DNA of 59,146 nt, the filler included, from Candidatus Woesearchaeota archaeon (lineage in GTDB: Archaea; Nanobdellota; Nanobdellia; Woesearchaeales; GCA-2685855): NCBI GenBank assembly GCA_002685855.1. It is 4 parts of 4 records of this genome, joined end to end, with 100 filler letters (N's around TTAATTAATTAA, not from the genome) between each part and the next. Parts side by side here need not be neighbours in the genome. Positions count along the whole stretch, not along the records: positions 1 to 16,453 come from NYYS01000021.1; positions 16,554 to 32,465 come from NYYS01000022.1; 2 more parts are not named here. One strand, written 5' to 3'. Positions 10,765-19,756 of the stretch are shown one piece after another (position 1 is the stretch's first letter; every line of letters starts with the position of its first letter). The notes under the pieces were generated by a model. That model was given only the letters and a program-made list of their open reading frames with translations, was not told the DNA's origin and searched no databases. The position numbers and the translations under genes were made by a program.

Positions 10765-11040
10765 ATGTTTGAATCACCTGAACGGGCTATTGCAGGAATG
10801 CTTATTGAAAAGGCAGAGCGGTGGAGAAGGGGGAAGCGTGAGCCTGGTTTTAAGGATAATAAGATGTTTTGCAAGCCAGAAGATATTACTGCGTTAGTGA
10901 GGTTGGATGAGAATGTCCATGTGGTGAAGTTGAATGAGCCTGTGGGAGATCATTATATTCATGAAGTGATCTACAGAGGATATTGGTTTCAGGCTGCTAC
11001 GCAGGAGAGGGATGAGCGGCTTGAAGTGTATATTTCTTAG
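10765..11040 (+). CDS. hypothetical protein
   Basis: 91-aa ATG ORF, TATA-like TTTATAAA about 22 nt upstream, fills the intergenic space. Confidence 0.6.
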   Translation: MFESPERAIAGMLIEKAERWRRGKREPGFKDNKMFCKPEDITALVRLDENVHVVKLNEPVGDHYIHEVIYRGYWFQAATQERDERLEVYIS

Positions 11041-11144
11041 TTTTTAAAGGATAGATTTAAAAAGAAGGCAGGATTTGCTTTGTTAGCGAGATGTGGGTGT
11101 TGCTTGCCTGAATCGTGTGATCATGAAACAATGGAGGCAGTACT

Positions 11145-11714
11145 ATGGGATATTTAAAATATGTTCGAGATTTATGGAAGAGGCCCAAGAAGGAGTTGGG
11201 AAGTGTTTGGAAAGAACGATTGATTGCTTGGAGGCAGGAGCCGGTTTCTGTAAGGATTTCTCGGCCTACACGAATTGATAGGGCTCGGAGTCTTGGGTAT
11301 AAGGCTAAGCAGGGTTTTCTTATTGTGCGTCAGCGTTTGTTGCGGGGCGGAAGGCAGCGACCCGATATTAAGAGTGGAAGGCGGCCGAAGCATTTTGGGC
11401 AGCGGCTTACTTTGAAGAAGAATTATCAACAGGTTGCTGAAGAACGCGTGAGCAAATTGTATAAGAATTGTACTGTTGTGAATAGTTATCTTGTTGCAAA
11501 GGATGGTTTGTATTATTGGTATGAAATTATTCTTGTTGACCGTAATCATCCGAATGTTGTGAAGGATAAACAGCTTTCAAATCTTGCAAAGAAGAAAGGA
11601 AGAGCTCAACGTGGTTTGAGTTCTGCAGGAAGAAAGGGTCGTGGTTTACTTTGTAAGGGGAAGGGTGCTGAGAAGATTCGGCCGAGTTTGCGGAGTAATA
11701 AGAGATTACGATAG
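11145..11714 (+). CDS. rpl15e: 50S ribosomal protein L15e
   Basis: RPTRIDRARSLGYKAKQG, NSYLV, YEIILVD. Confidence 0.97.
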   Translation: MGYLKYVRDLWKRPKKELGSVWKERLIAWRQEPVSVRISRPTRIDRARSLGYKAKQGFLIVRQRLLRGGRQRPDIKSGRRPKHFGQRLTLKKNYQQVAEERVSKLYKNCTVVNSYLVAKDGLYYWYEIILVDRNHPNVVKDKQLSNLAKKKGRAQRGLSSAGRKGRGLLCKGKGAEKIRPSLRSNKRLR

Positions 11715-12323
11715 GATCCTGGCTGTAGCAGAGTCGGGGTCGAGTTTGTTTTTTATTTTTGTTAGATCTTCTTTGATATCGATATCTGTTTCTGATGGGA
11801 GCAGTGCGTAGTGTGTGTTTTGTTGTTTTATTTTTTTTGTTGTTTGTTCGAAGTCGATTCCTTGTGAGAATGTTATTCCGGAAAAGATGTCGAGGGGTTC
11901 TTTCATGGCGACGAGGTAGTAGCCTCCTCCTGTGTCGGGTCCGAGAACAAGGTCTTTATTATTTAATAAACTAAATGCTTGGTGGATTCGTTCTGTTTTG
12001 AGTGTTGGAATGTCGCTTCCTATAATTGCAATTTTTTCAAAGTTGGGTAAGAGGTCTTGAAAAGCGAAGAGCATGTGGTCGCCTAGATTTGAACCTCTCA
12101 CTTCATAGAATTCAAGTTGGGTGTATAGTGTTTCGAAGGCTTCTTTATCTTTGGATGGGCAGGCGAGAAGGAGAAGATAGTCTTTTTCCTGGTGTTCTTT
12201 AATTAGGTCCTGAAGGAATGCGGCATGGAGGTTTGCTGCAAATTCCATTCCGAGATCTTGTCCAAGGCGGGTCTTAACATTGCCACTACTAGGATATTTT
12301 GAAAATATTAAAAGTGCATTCAT
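11706..12323 (-). CDS. DUF2064/TIGR04282-type GT-A/CofC-like transferase
   Basis: IFSKYP..G.VKTRL, LG..M..AF, IIGSDIP, VLGPDTGGGYYL, DID..EDL. Confidence 0.85.
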   Translation of the reverse strand: MNALLIFSKYPSSGNVKTRLGQDLGMEFAANLHAAFLQDLIKEHQEKDYLLLLACPSKDKEAFETLYTQLEFYEVRGSNLGDHMLFAFQDLLPNFEKIAIIGSDIPTLKTERIHQAFSLLNNKDLVLGPDTGGGYYLVAMKEPLDIFSGITFSQGIDFEQTTKKIKQQNTHYALLPSETDIDIKEDLTKIKNKLDPDSATARILS

Positions 12324-12324
12324 A

Positions 12325-12888
12325 CTAATTTCCAACAAAAAGAAGATGTTTCTCTGTTCCTTCGAGTTCTTTTAGAATTCTTCTAATTACTGCTTTTTCT
12401 GGATCTGGCATGAGCTTTACTCTTTTTTTAAGATCTACAAAGCTTTTGAAGGGGTCGCCTCTTCTTTCTTCTACTATCTCCCACATGTGTTTTTTTCCTA
12501 CTCCGGGGAGTAGTTCGATGGTGTGCATTCTTGTTGAGAGTGGCTGGGCATTGTTGAAGAATTCAACAAAGCGGAGTTCCTCTTTGATCACAAGAGATTT
12601 TACCACATGTTCGAGTTCTTCCCTAGCTGTAGAGGTGAGTTTATCCAGGCTTAGTTTTCCGTTTATATGGTGTATCTGGTCTCGTTTCTGGTCTCCTACA
12701 TATACTTCGTGGAGGGGTTGGAGGAAGACGCCTTTTTTTGGTACGAGCTCCAGAAGGGTGAAATGGTCTTTTCCAAGGGCTTGTACAATAGCCGTCTTTC
12801 TGTGTAGGGGGGTCTTATCAAAAGGATAGCCGTTTGGCAAGAAGTCTAGTACTATGGCTTTTTCTTCTTTTGCGACCACTGAAACCAC
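12325..12888 (-). CDS. DUF655 RNA-binding protein
   Basis: AIVLDFLPNG, FTLLEL, FFNNAQPLSTRMHTIELLPGVGKK; conserved position after rpoF. Confidence 0.92.
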   Translation of the reverse strand: MVSVVAKEEKAIVLDFLPNGYPFDKTPLHRKTAIVQALGKDHFTLLELVPKKGVFLQPLHEVYVGDQKRDQIHHINGKLSLDKLTSTAREELEHVVKSLVIKEELRFVEFFNNAQPLSTRMHTIELLPGVGKKHMWEIVEERRGDPFKSFVDLKKRVKLMPDPEKAVIRRILKELEGTEKHLLFVGN

Positions 12889-12948
12889 CCCGAGGTTAAT
12901 AGTTATGAATTGACTGAGTATAAAAAGTTTACGAAAAGAGGCGCTGTG

Positions 12949-13302
12949 CTAATCTTTTTCCGGAAGATAGTCTTTGACTGCTTTCACTATCTTGTCCATT
13001 GCATCTTTTGTGAGGTTCATATTGTAGCCTGAAAGGACAAATTTTAGTTCATCCACTGTTCCCGGCAGAAGATCGACGATTTTAGCAATATGATGGGCTT
13101 TAAAGCGAGGAATTTCAAGGTCACTGATCTTTTTGAAGAGCTGTTCTACATCCTTTTTTGAAGGAACATGAAAGGTGTTGAGGTAATCTTCTACTTTGTT
13201 TGCTCTGAAGCTGAGTTCTCCATCTCTTTTTTTAATGGCTTTTAGCTCTGCTTTTACCTGGGACATTGTTACGGGTTCTTGTTCGATGAGTTCGGGGTTC
13301 AT
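12949..13302 (-). CDS. rpoF: RNA polymerase subunit F (Rpo4)
   Basis: ELSFRANKVEDYL, AKIVDLLP.TVDELK; rpl21e-rpoF-DUF655 synteny. Confidence 0.9.
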   Translation of the reverse strand: MNPELIEQEPVTMSQVKAELKAIKKRDGELSFRANKVEDYLNTFHVPSKKDVEQLFKKISDLEIPRFKAHHIAKIVDLLPGTVDELKFVLSGYNMNLTKDAMDKIVKAVKDYLPEKD

Positions 13303-13303
13303 T

Positions 13304-13591
13304 TTAGCCTCTGAGATGGACGGGATGGACGATTAGGGGTTTTTCTTTTTTCCCGTCTTTTATAGATACTTCGTAGCAGGTTCCTTTTTTACAGGTAATT
13401 ACACCGGTTTTGCCGTTAAAACGAGGAAAATGCATTCCTTTCTGGATGGCTGGTTCGGCCTTGAGGGTTACTTTCTCACCTACTTCAAAGGTTTGAAGGT
13501 AGTTCCTGAGACTGGTTTTTCCTTTATCTCGGATATTTTTCTGAAGCTTAAAACGGGTTTTTCTTCGAAATCCGCCTGCTCTGGTTGCCAT
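13304..13591 (-). CDS. rpl21e: 50S ribosomal protein L21e
   Basis: GFRRKTR, KGMHFPRFNGKTG, IVHPVHL. Confidence 0.97.
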   Translation of the reverse strand: MATRAGGFRRKTRFKLQKNIRDKGKTSLRNYLQTFEVGEKVTLKAEPAIQKGMHFPRFNGKTGVITCKKGTCYEVSIKDGKKEKPLIVHPVHLRG

Positions 13592-13715
13592 ACAGGCAAG
13601 GAACTCTACGCCATTTATAAAGGTTTCTTAAGGGCTGTTTAATCGAAAAATATAAATATTAGCGAGAGTAGAAAAGATGAGAAATGAAGCTGCTGAATTC
13701 TAAAAACCGAAATGA

Positions 13716-13820
13716 ATGAGTAGAATGGAAGATATTCTTTTAACCAAGTGTGGCCATTGTAAGGCGAAGTTACTGGAAGAGGATAGTGTTTGTGGGAAGT
13801 GTGGTCGAGAAGTTTTGTAA
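13716..13820 (+). CDS. zinc-ribbon microprotein (31-34 aa), absent from the ORF track
   Basis: MSRMEDILLTKCGHCKAKLLEEDSVCGKCGREVL*; CxxC-x10-CxxCG; alternative ATG at 13725. Confidence 0.65.
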   Translation: MSRMEDILLTKCGHCKAKLLEEDSVCGKCGREVL

Positions 13821-13824
13821 TGCT

Positions 13825-14562
13825 TTAGGTCTGTTTTTTCTCTTCTGTTTTCTCGGGTTCTTTCTTTTCCTCTACTGGGAGAAGTCTGTTTATGGTGTCG
13901 TCAGAGATTCCTGCTTCCACCATCTTTGCTTTGATGGCTGAGCGGTCTTTTCCTTTCATCTGTTCAAGAATTGCATTTGCTGAGGCGTCTTCTGCAGCGT
14001 GTTTTTCAGCGAGTTCTGCCTGGAGCTTTTTTCGTTCTTCTTCAAGCTCTTTTTGTTCTGCTGCTGAGATCTCTGTTTTTTCCTCTTTGATCTCTTTATC
14101 ATAGGCTCCTTCTTCGACTTTTTTAAGGGCTTCTGTTGCTGCGAGGCCTTCAACCATGACGCCCATGCTGTTGCAGGTGCCTATGATCTCTCTTACCTTC
14201 ATCTTAAGGTCTTTGCCGAGAAGGGCGTCCTCTTTCATCTTTGCGATCTTGATTAATTGTTCGATTTTGAGGTCTGCAACTTTCTCTGTTTTTGGGTTTC
14301 CGGATCCTTTGTCTACGCCTGCTTCTTTTTTTATGAGGGCGGAGGCAGGAGGGGTTCCGATTGAGATTGTGTATTCTTTGGATGTAGTGTCTACTTCAAC
14401 GTTTACCGGGACTTGCATGCCTTTGAAAGATTCTGTCTTTTTGTTGATGTCGCTGACTACCTGGCCGATGTTTACGCCTAAGGGTCCTAATGCGGGTCCT
14501 AATGGAGGGGCTGCAGAGGCTTTTCCTCCTTCGATTAGGACATCAACTGCTTGAGTTGCCAT
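13825..14562 (-). CDS. rpl11: 50S ribosomal protein L11 with about 80-aa C-terminal extension
   Basis: GGKASAAPPLGPALGPLGVN, GTPPASAL, IIGTCNSMGV. Confidence 0.95.
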   Translation of the reverse strand: MATQAVDVLIEGGKASAAPPLGPALGPLGVNIGQVVSDINKKTESFKGMQVPVNVEVDTTSKEYTISIGTPPASALIKKEAGVDKGSGNPKTEKVADLKIEQLIKIAKMKEDALLGKDLKMKVREIIGTCNSMGVMVEGLAATEALKKVEEGAYDKEIKEEKTEISAAEQKELEEERKKLQAELAEKHAAEDASANAILEQMKGKDRSAIKAKMVEAGISDDTINRLLPVEEKKEPEKTEEKKQT

Positions 14563-14619
14563 AGGTGGAGGAAATGGGGTTTATTTAAATAGGTTTTGGA
14601 AGGGTTAGAAAAGGGTTTT

Positions 14620-15360
14620 TTAGATGACTTGGACGGGTTGAACAGCATCATCTGAGAGAAGGGTTACTCTGTTTCTGCCTGTTGTTTTAGATGTGTAGAG
14701 TGCGTTGTCTGCTTCTGTATAGAGGATTTGGTGTAGGTCGTCTGTTTGAAGGGGTTCTGTTTGGTAGTAGTTAGGGAAAAAGCGGAAATCAACGCAGAAT
14801 GTGCCGAGGCTGGCAGTGATATTATGTTTGATGTGTCGCAATTGAGTGTTTTCTATGTTTTTTCTGATTTGTTCTGATATGCGATCTGCTGTTGTATCGT
14901 TTGCTCCTGGGAGGATGATTGTGAATTCTTCTCCGCCGACACGATAGGCTCGATCTGTTGCTCTGATTGAGCGTTCCATTGTTCGGGCGACAACTTCAAG
15001 TACGATGTCTCCAGCGGGATGTCCAAAGGTGTCGTTGACGTATTTGAAATGGTCTATGTCGAGAGAGACAAGAGAGAGATAGTGGCTGTTTGGGGTGTCT
15101 GACGGGTGTATAGCTCGTTCTATACAGTCATGTAGGTCGCGGGTAAATGCAGCTCTGTTTCTGAGTCCTGTTAGTGGGTCTCGTTCTGCCTGGTGTCGAA
15201 GGCGGTTGTTTTCTTCTTCTAATGTTTGAATTCTTTGGGCTAGACGTTTGAGATAGTCTGGTCTGGGGAAGGCTGTGAGGGGGTTGTCAAGTTGATCTCT
15301 TTGAGGGGGGGTCATTCCGTCTGAAAGAATATCGAAGATTACTTGTTTGAGGTCTTGCAT
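14620..15360 (-). CDS. GGDEF-domain diguanylate cyclase with N-terminal coiled coil
   Basis: DPLTGLRNR, DIDHFKYVNDTFGHPAGD, RATD I-site, RVGGEEF, ADNALYTSKTTGRNRV. Confidence 0.93.
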   Translation of the reverse strand: MQDLKQVIFDILSDGMTPPQRDQLDNPLTAFPRPDYLKRLAQRIQTLEEENNRLRHQAERDPLTGLRNRAAFTRDLHDCIERAIHPSDTPNSHYLSLVSLDIDHFKYVNDTFGHPAGDIVLEVVARTMERSIRATDRAYRVGGEEFTIILPGANDTTADRISEQIRKNIENTQLRHIKHNITASLGTFCVDFRFFPNYYQTEPLQTDDLHQILYTEADNALYTSKTTGRNRVTLLSDDAVQPVQVI

Positions 15361-15491
15361 GGGTGTTGGCTTTTAGATTGGTTTAAAAAGGTTTTGTTTT
15401 TTACTATTGATGAATGGGTACTTTAATTGTTTTCTGTATAGAAGTTAAATAGGGGTTTGGGGTTTGTGTTAAAAAGAAAAAGAAAGAAAAG

Positions 15492-15920
15492 TTAGAAAAC
15501 GTTGTTTAAGAGATACTCCCTTTCGCCACTCTGATCTTCGGTGTAGTGGCCCTTCTGGAGTGCACCAAGACCGATCAATCCACCTTTTCCTAGAAAGGCG
15601 CAAACGCGTTTACCTTCTAAATTGGCAAACCGTTCTGAAAAAATACTTACTAAGATACTACCACGCCAAGCAAGTTCAACGTCCAAATCTTCTGCTAAAC
15701 CTTGAAGTTTTCTATTTTCTTCATAGAAGATCTTACCCCTTCCCTGGCCACCATGAATGGCTACTTCCCAACCTTGTTTTAAAGTTGGATCTTCTTGTAC
15801 AGCCAAATCATCAATAAATCGAACATCACCAATCGTGGCAGTATCTGTCACCATTCCTTTTTCCAAACAAGTTTTTATATCTTCAGCTGAAATATCTGAT
15901 GCAAAATATATTCGTAACAT
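15492..15920 (-). CDS. hypothetical protein
   Basis: 142-aa ORF with GGTGAT RBS-like site upstream; no recognised motif. Confidence 0.6.
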   Translation of the reverse strand: MLRIYFASDISAEDIKTCLEKGMVTDTATIGDVRFIDDLAVQEDPTLKQGWEVAIHGGQGRGKIFYEENRKLQGLAEDLDVELAWRGSILVSIFSERFANLEGKRVCAFLGKGGLIGLGALQKGHYTEDQSGEREYLLNNVF

Positions 15921-16299
15921 TTGATATCACCTAAAAGAAAGAAACCAATAACAATTTATAAATCTTTCTTTTTTATCACTTTCGAATGGTAATTTGACAG
16001 GACAAATTATTATTTACAATATAGTCACTAAATCGTTCCTAACTTTCTCTTTGAGAAAGTATAGTCACTAGCGCTCCTAAGTTCACTAGCGGTGAACTAT
16101 AGAAAAAAACATCCCCCCTCCCGGAGACAATAGTTTTAGTAGAAAAAAAAGGGACAGATATAGACTTTAACAACACTATTTCAACTCCAACTTTATAAGT
16201 CCATCGCTACCTACAAGCCCATAATCCCTGTATATAAGGTATATACTAAAAAAAAAAAACCAATACTTATTTAAATAATTATTTTTTATATCAATCGAA

Positions 16300-16453
16300 A
16301 TGAAAATATATCTGATTAGACACGGAAAGCCAAAAATAGTCGATAATGATTTTTACAGATGTCATCTTAGTGAAGAAGGAATTAACCAAACTAAAAAGTT
16401 GGCCACTTCAGGAATAATACCCAAGCCAAGTTTAATATTATCCAGCCCATACA
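16300..16453 (+). CDS. histidine phosphatase (PGM family), truncated at contig end
   Basis: IYLIRHGK...LSEEG..Q...ILSSPY. Confidence 0.8.
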
Positions 16454-16553
16454 NNNNNNNNNNNNNNNNNNNNNNNNNNNNNNNNNNNNNNNNNNNNTTA
16501 ATTAATTAANNNNNNNNNNNNNNNNNNNNNNNNNNNNNNNNNNNNNNNNNNNN
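16454..16553. other. artificial contig linker
   Basis: N run with central TTAATTAATTAA (stops in six frames). Confidence 0.98.
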
Positions 16554-17060
16554 ACGGGGTTTGAAGTAGATGTCTTCTCCGAAGTCGTGGAAGAGTGCTC
16601 CTTTTATTGCGGCCATTACGTAATAGGTTGGTAGATCTTTATCTTTGAGAAGGGAGTCTATTCCTCTTGCCAAGCCTGTTGGGTGATAGATAGCATAGTC
16701 GTCTCCGTTTTTTCTTCGTTTATCCTGGTAGCCTTCGATACAGATTTCGATCGATTTTCGCATGAGGTAGCGGAAGGGGTTTTGTTCATCATCAAAGATT
16801 GTTAGGCTGTGGTGCGGCATCATCTGTGCGAGATAGCTTTCGAGGTTTTGGTGAAACTGTGGGCGATCGTGGAGGTCGAAGCCTGTTCTGTTGTGTGCTT
16901 TGTCATCTATTTGCTCAACTATTGCGGGAATAAGCCGGGAGAGGGTGCGTTTTGCGCCATTGAGTTGGCAGGTTTCTTTAAATTCTTCGGCAAATTCGCT
17001 GTCCTGTTGGTCAATATTTGCACGAAATCGTTTTTTCTTTTTTTTTGTTGAATGAGGCAT
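16554..17060 (-). CDS. RelA/SpoT-type HD hydrolase domain protein, truncated at contig end
   Basis: RRKNGDDYAIYHP..LA...ALFHDFGED resembles the RxSGEPY..HP...LLHDxxED pattern of RSH/Mesh1 HD domains. Confidence 0.65.
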
Positions 17061-17244
17061 TTTTTCTTAATAAATGGAAAGCGAGAATGTTTAAAAAAGG
17101 TTTCGAGGAGGGTTTATAAAGGAATTGGATAGGTATTTTATAGATACTAGTATTTTAAGGATATTCTCATAGGAATATTTCTTTCAGAAATCTTTAAATA
17201 ATGAGGGGGATGTGCCCTCTTACTACTAATTGGAGGAATATAGA

Positions 17245-18453
17245 ATGGAAAACCATACATATTTTTTTACATCAGAGAGTGTGACCGAGGGTCATCCGGA
17301 CAAAGTTTGTGACCAGATTTCAGATGCTGTGTTGGACGCTGTTCTTGCGAACGATTCTGGGGCAAGGGTTGCGATTGAGTGTTTGACAAAGACGGGTTTT
17401 GTACTTGTTGCAGGTGAGTTGACTACGAGTGCCTATGTTGATATTCAGCAGATTGCCCGGCGTACGATTAAGGATATTGGGTATAATCGGCCAGAGTATG
17501 GGTTTGATGCAGATACCTGTGGTGTGATTGTTTCGATTTCTGAGCAGAGTCCGGATATTTCACAAGGAGTGAGTGAGGGTGCGGGTTTGTTCAGCGAGCA
17601 GGGTGCTGGTGATCAGGGGATGATGTTTGGTTTTGCTACGAATGAGACTGAGGAGTTTATGCCTTTGCCTATTGTGCTGGCTCATAAGTTGACGAAGAAG
17701 TTGACTGAGGTGAGGAAGACGGGTACGCTTCCTTTTTTGCGGCCGGATGGGAAGAGTCAGGTTACTGTTGAGTATAAAGAAGGCAAACCGGTTCGTGTGG
17801 ATGCGGTTGTTGTGAGTGCGCATCATGATGCGGATGTTTCTCATGAGGAGCTTTCTAAGGAGTTGAAGGCTCGTGTTATTCTTCCTGTTGTGAAGGATTG
17901 GGTTGATGAACAGACGAAGTTTTTTATTAATCCTACAGGGAAGTTTGTTGTGGGGGGGCCTGTTGCAGATGCGGGTTTGACAGGTAGGAAGATTATTGTT
18001 GATACGTATGGGGGGCATGGAAGTCATGGCGGGGGATGTTTTTCAGGTAAGGATCCTTCAAAGGTTGATCGGAGTGCGAGTTATGCTGCGCGGTATATTG
18101 CGAAGAATATTGTTGCTGCGGGTCTTGCGGATAAGTGTGAGGTTCAGTTGGCGTATGCGATTGGTGTTGCTGAGCCTGTTAGTGTATTAATACACACGCA
18201 TGACACGAATCGAATTCCGAATGAGAAGATTCGCGAGTTGGTGTTGAAGCATTTTCCTTTGAAGCCGCAGGATATTATTAAGCAGTTGGATCTTAAGAGG
18301 CCTATTTATAGGAAGACTGCGTCGTATGGGCATTTTGGGCGGAATGATCCTGACTTTTCTTGGGAGAAGCTGGATAAGGTTGAGGCGTTGGTTGCTGATG
18401 CAGGTGTGTTGGCAAAGCCTGTTGCGACGGGTGAGCAGGTTCCTTTGGATTAA
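17245..18453 (+). CDS. metK: S-adenosylmethionine synthetase, bacterial/eukaryotic type
   Basis: [49 protein letters not shown]. Confidence 0.97.
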   Translation: MENHTYFFTSESVTEGHPDKVCDQISDAVLDAVLANDSGARVAIECLTKTGFVLVAGELTTSAYVDIQQIARRTIKDIGYNRPEYGFDADTCGVIVSISEQSPDISQGVSEGAGLFSEQGAGDQGMMFGFATNETEEFMPLPIVLAHKLTKKLTEVRKTGTLPFLRPDGKSQVTVEYKEGKPVRVDAVVVSAHHDADVSHEELSKELKARVILPVVKDWVDEQTKFFINPTGKFVVGGPVADAGLTGRKIIVDTYGGHGSHGGGCFSGKDPSKVDRSASYAARYIAKNIVAAGLADKCEVQLAYAIGVAEPVSVLIHTHDTNRIPNEKIRELVLKHFPLKPQDIIKQLDLKRPIYRKTASYGHFGRNDPDFSWEKLDKVEALVADAGVLAKPVATGEQVPLD

Positions 18454-19754
18454 AGCTCTCTGTCTGAGTGTTCAATGATTACAGGTGTTGGCCTGTATTC
18501 TATTTTTTTTTGGAGGTGGCGGATGTCTTCTGTTATGAGGAGAATTCCGCCATTTGTTATGTTTTTTCTTTCTTTGATTGCTTGGGCATAGTGTGGTTGG
18601 TGGCTTGAAGTGATGATGATGCCGGTTCCTGTTTTTCCTTGTTGGGTGTCGTTCGGGTTGGGATAGTTTATGAGGTAGCGAAGGGGTTGAAATGTGGGAT
18701 GGGGGTTTGTTCGTATTTCTGTGATGTGGTAGATTCCTTCGGGTGTTGCTTTGTCTCCTTCTTTTGTTTTGGGATGAGGGTTTGTTCCGAGGGTGATTGG
18801 GAATGTGTGGTCTGTTTTCCATCCGTGTTCGGTGTTTATGAGAAATGAGAGGGTGTATTGGTCTTTGTCGATGTAGAGTGATTGGATTTCATGTTCTCCT
18901 AGGAGTTGTTGGGTGCGTTGTTCGTTGTATTGTGTTTGTTGTTGAGCTGTTTTTTGGGGTGGTATTTGGGTGTTTGGCATTCTTTTTTCTATGAAGTCGT
19001 ATCCTTCGAGGATGGTTATTATTGTTGTGAGGGCGAGGAGGAATTTTGCAATGCGTGCGTTTCGTGTGTTCTTTCTTTGTTGTTCCATGGCTATGATGTG
19101 GTTTTGGAGTACTGATTCAAAGCCGCGTGCTTCTTCTGCTTGTTGGTGGTAGTCGTAGTGTTCGAGGAGTTCTGTCCATCGTTGGGTGTCAAGGTGGAGT
19201 TGGGTGAGTTGGGTGATTTTTTTAGGTTTCCATTTTGTTTTGACATAGGTTTGTTGGAGTTTTTTGAGTTGTTGGAGTGCTTTTTCTGCTTCTTGTTGGT
19301 GTTCTGTTGGGAGGGGTTGGGTTCGGAGTTTTCTTTTTTTGTCGTCGAGAGTTTGGGTGTAGAGGTGGATTCGTTGTTCTAAACTGTGGTTTCTCAGAAG
19401 GGTTGCTTGTTGTTGTATTTGTTGTAGTTGTTCTTCTTGTTTTTTGAGTGTTTGGAATGTTGGTTGTTGTGTGAGGAGGTGTTGGGCGATGGTATCAAGG
19501 GTTTGGTGGAGGTGTTCCTGGTGTGTTGTTGTTTTTTGTTGATGGGTGTGTTCTATTTGTTGGAGAAGGTCTTCTTCGGCAGGTGTTTTTTCTTTTTCTG
19601 GGTTGTTGAGTGGGAGGTAGGATTCTCTTGTTGTGGTTATCCAGTCTAGTGTTTCTTGGGGTGTTTGGAGGTGTTGGGCTGTTTGGAGGTGTTGTTCGAG
19701 GTTTTTTCTGGTTAGGTGAGGGTGTTGTGTTTTTCTGTTTTGTGTTGGGGACAT
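18450..19754 (-). CDS. coiled-coil plus TM plus degenerate L,D-transpeptidase (YkuD-like) domain
   Basis: IDKDQYTL...FPITLG...[14 protein letters not shown]...INYPNPND...GTGIIITS...TNGGILL; catalytic His and Cys positions substituted. Confidence 0.75.
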   Translation of the reverse strand: MSPTQNRKTQHPHLTRKNLEQHLQTAQHLQTPQETLDWITTTRESYLPLNNPEKEKTPAEEDLLQQIEHTHQQKTTTHQEHLHQTLDTIAQHLLTQQPTFQTLKKQEEQLQQIQQQATLLRNHSLEQRIHLYTQTLDDKKRKLRTQPLPTEHQQEAEKALQQLKKLQQTYVKTKWKPKKITQLTQLHLDTQRWTELLEHYDYHQQAEEARGFESVLQNHIIAMEQQRKNTRNARIAKFLLALTTIITILEGYDFIEKRMPNTQIPPQKTAQQQTQYNEQRTQQLLGEHEIQSLYIDKDQYTLSFLINTEHGWKTDHTFPITLGTNPHPKTKEGDKATPEGIYHITEIRTNPHPTFQPLRYLINYPNPNDTQQGKTGTGIIITSSHQPHYAQAIKERKNITNGGILLITEDIRHLQKKIEYRPTPVIIEHSDREL

Positions 19755-19756
19755 TG

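Noticed and set aside
16100..16260. Replication origin (ORB boxes)
   Set aside because: No convincing TCCAxTGGAA-G-string motif and no cdc6/orc1 gene nearby
16454..16553. TTAATTAATTAA flanked by Ns (three occurrences) as a repeat element
   Set aside because: Artificial six-frame-stop linker joining contigs
14620..17060. GGDEF, histidine phosphatase and RSH-HD as one signalling locus
   Set aside because: The HD gene lies across a contig linker, so the adjacency is not real
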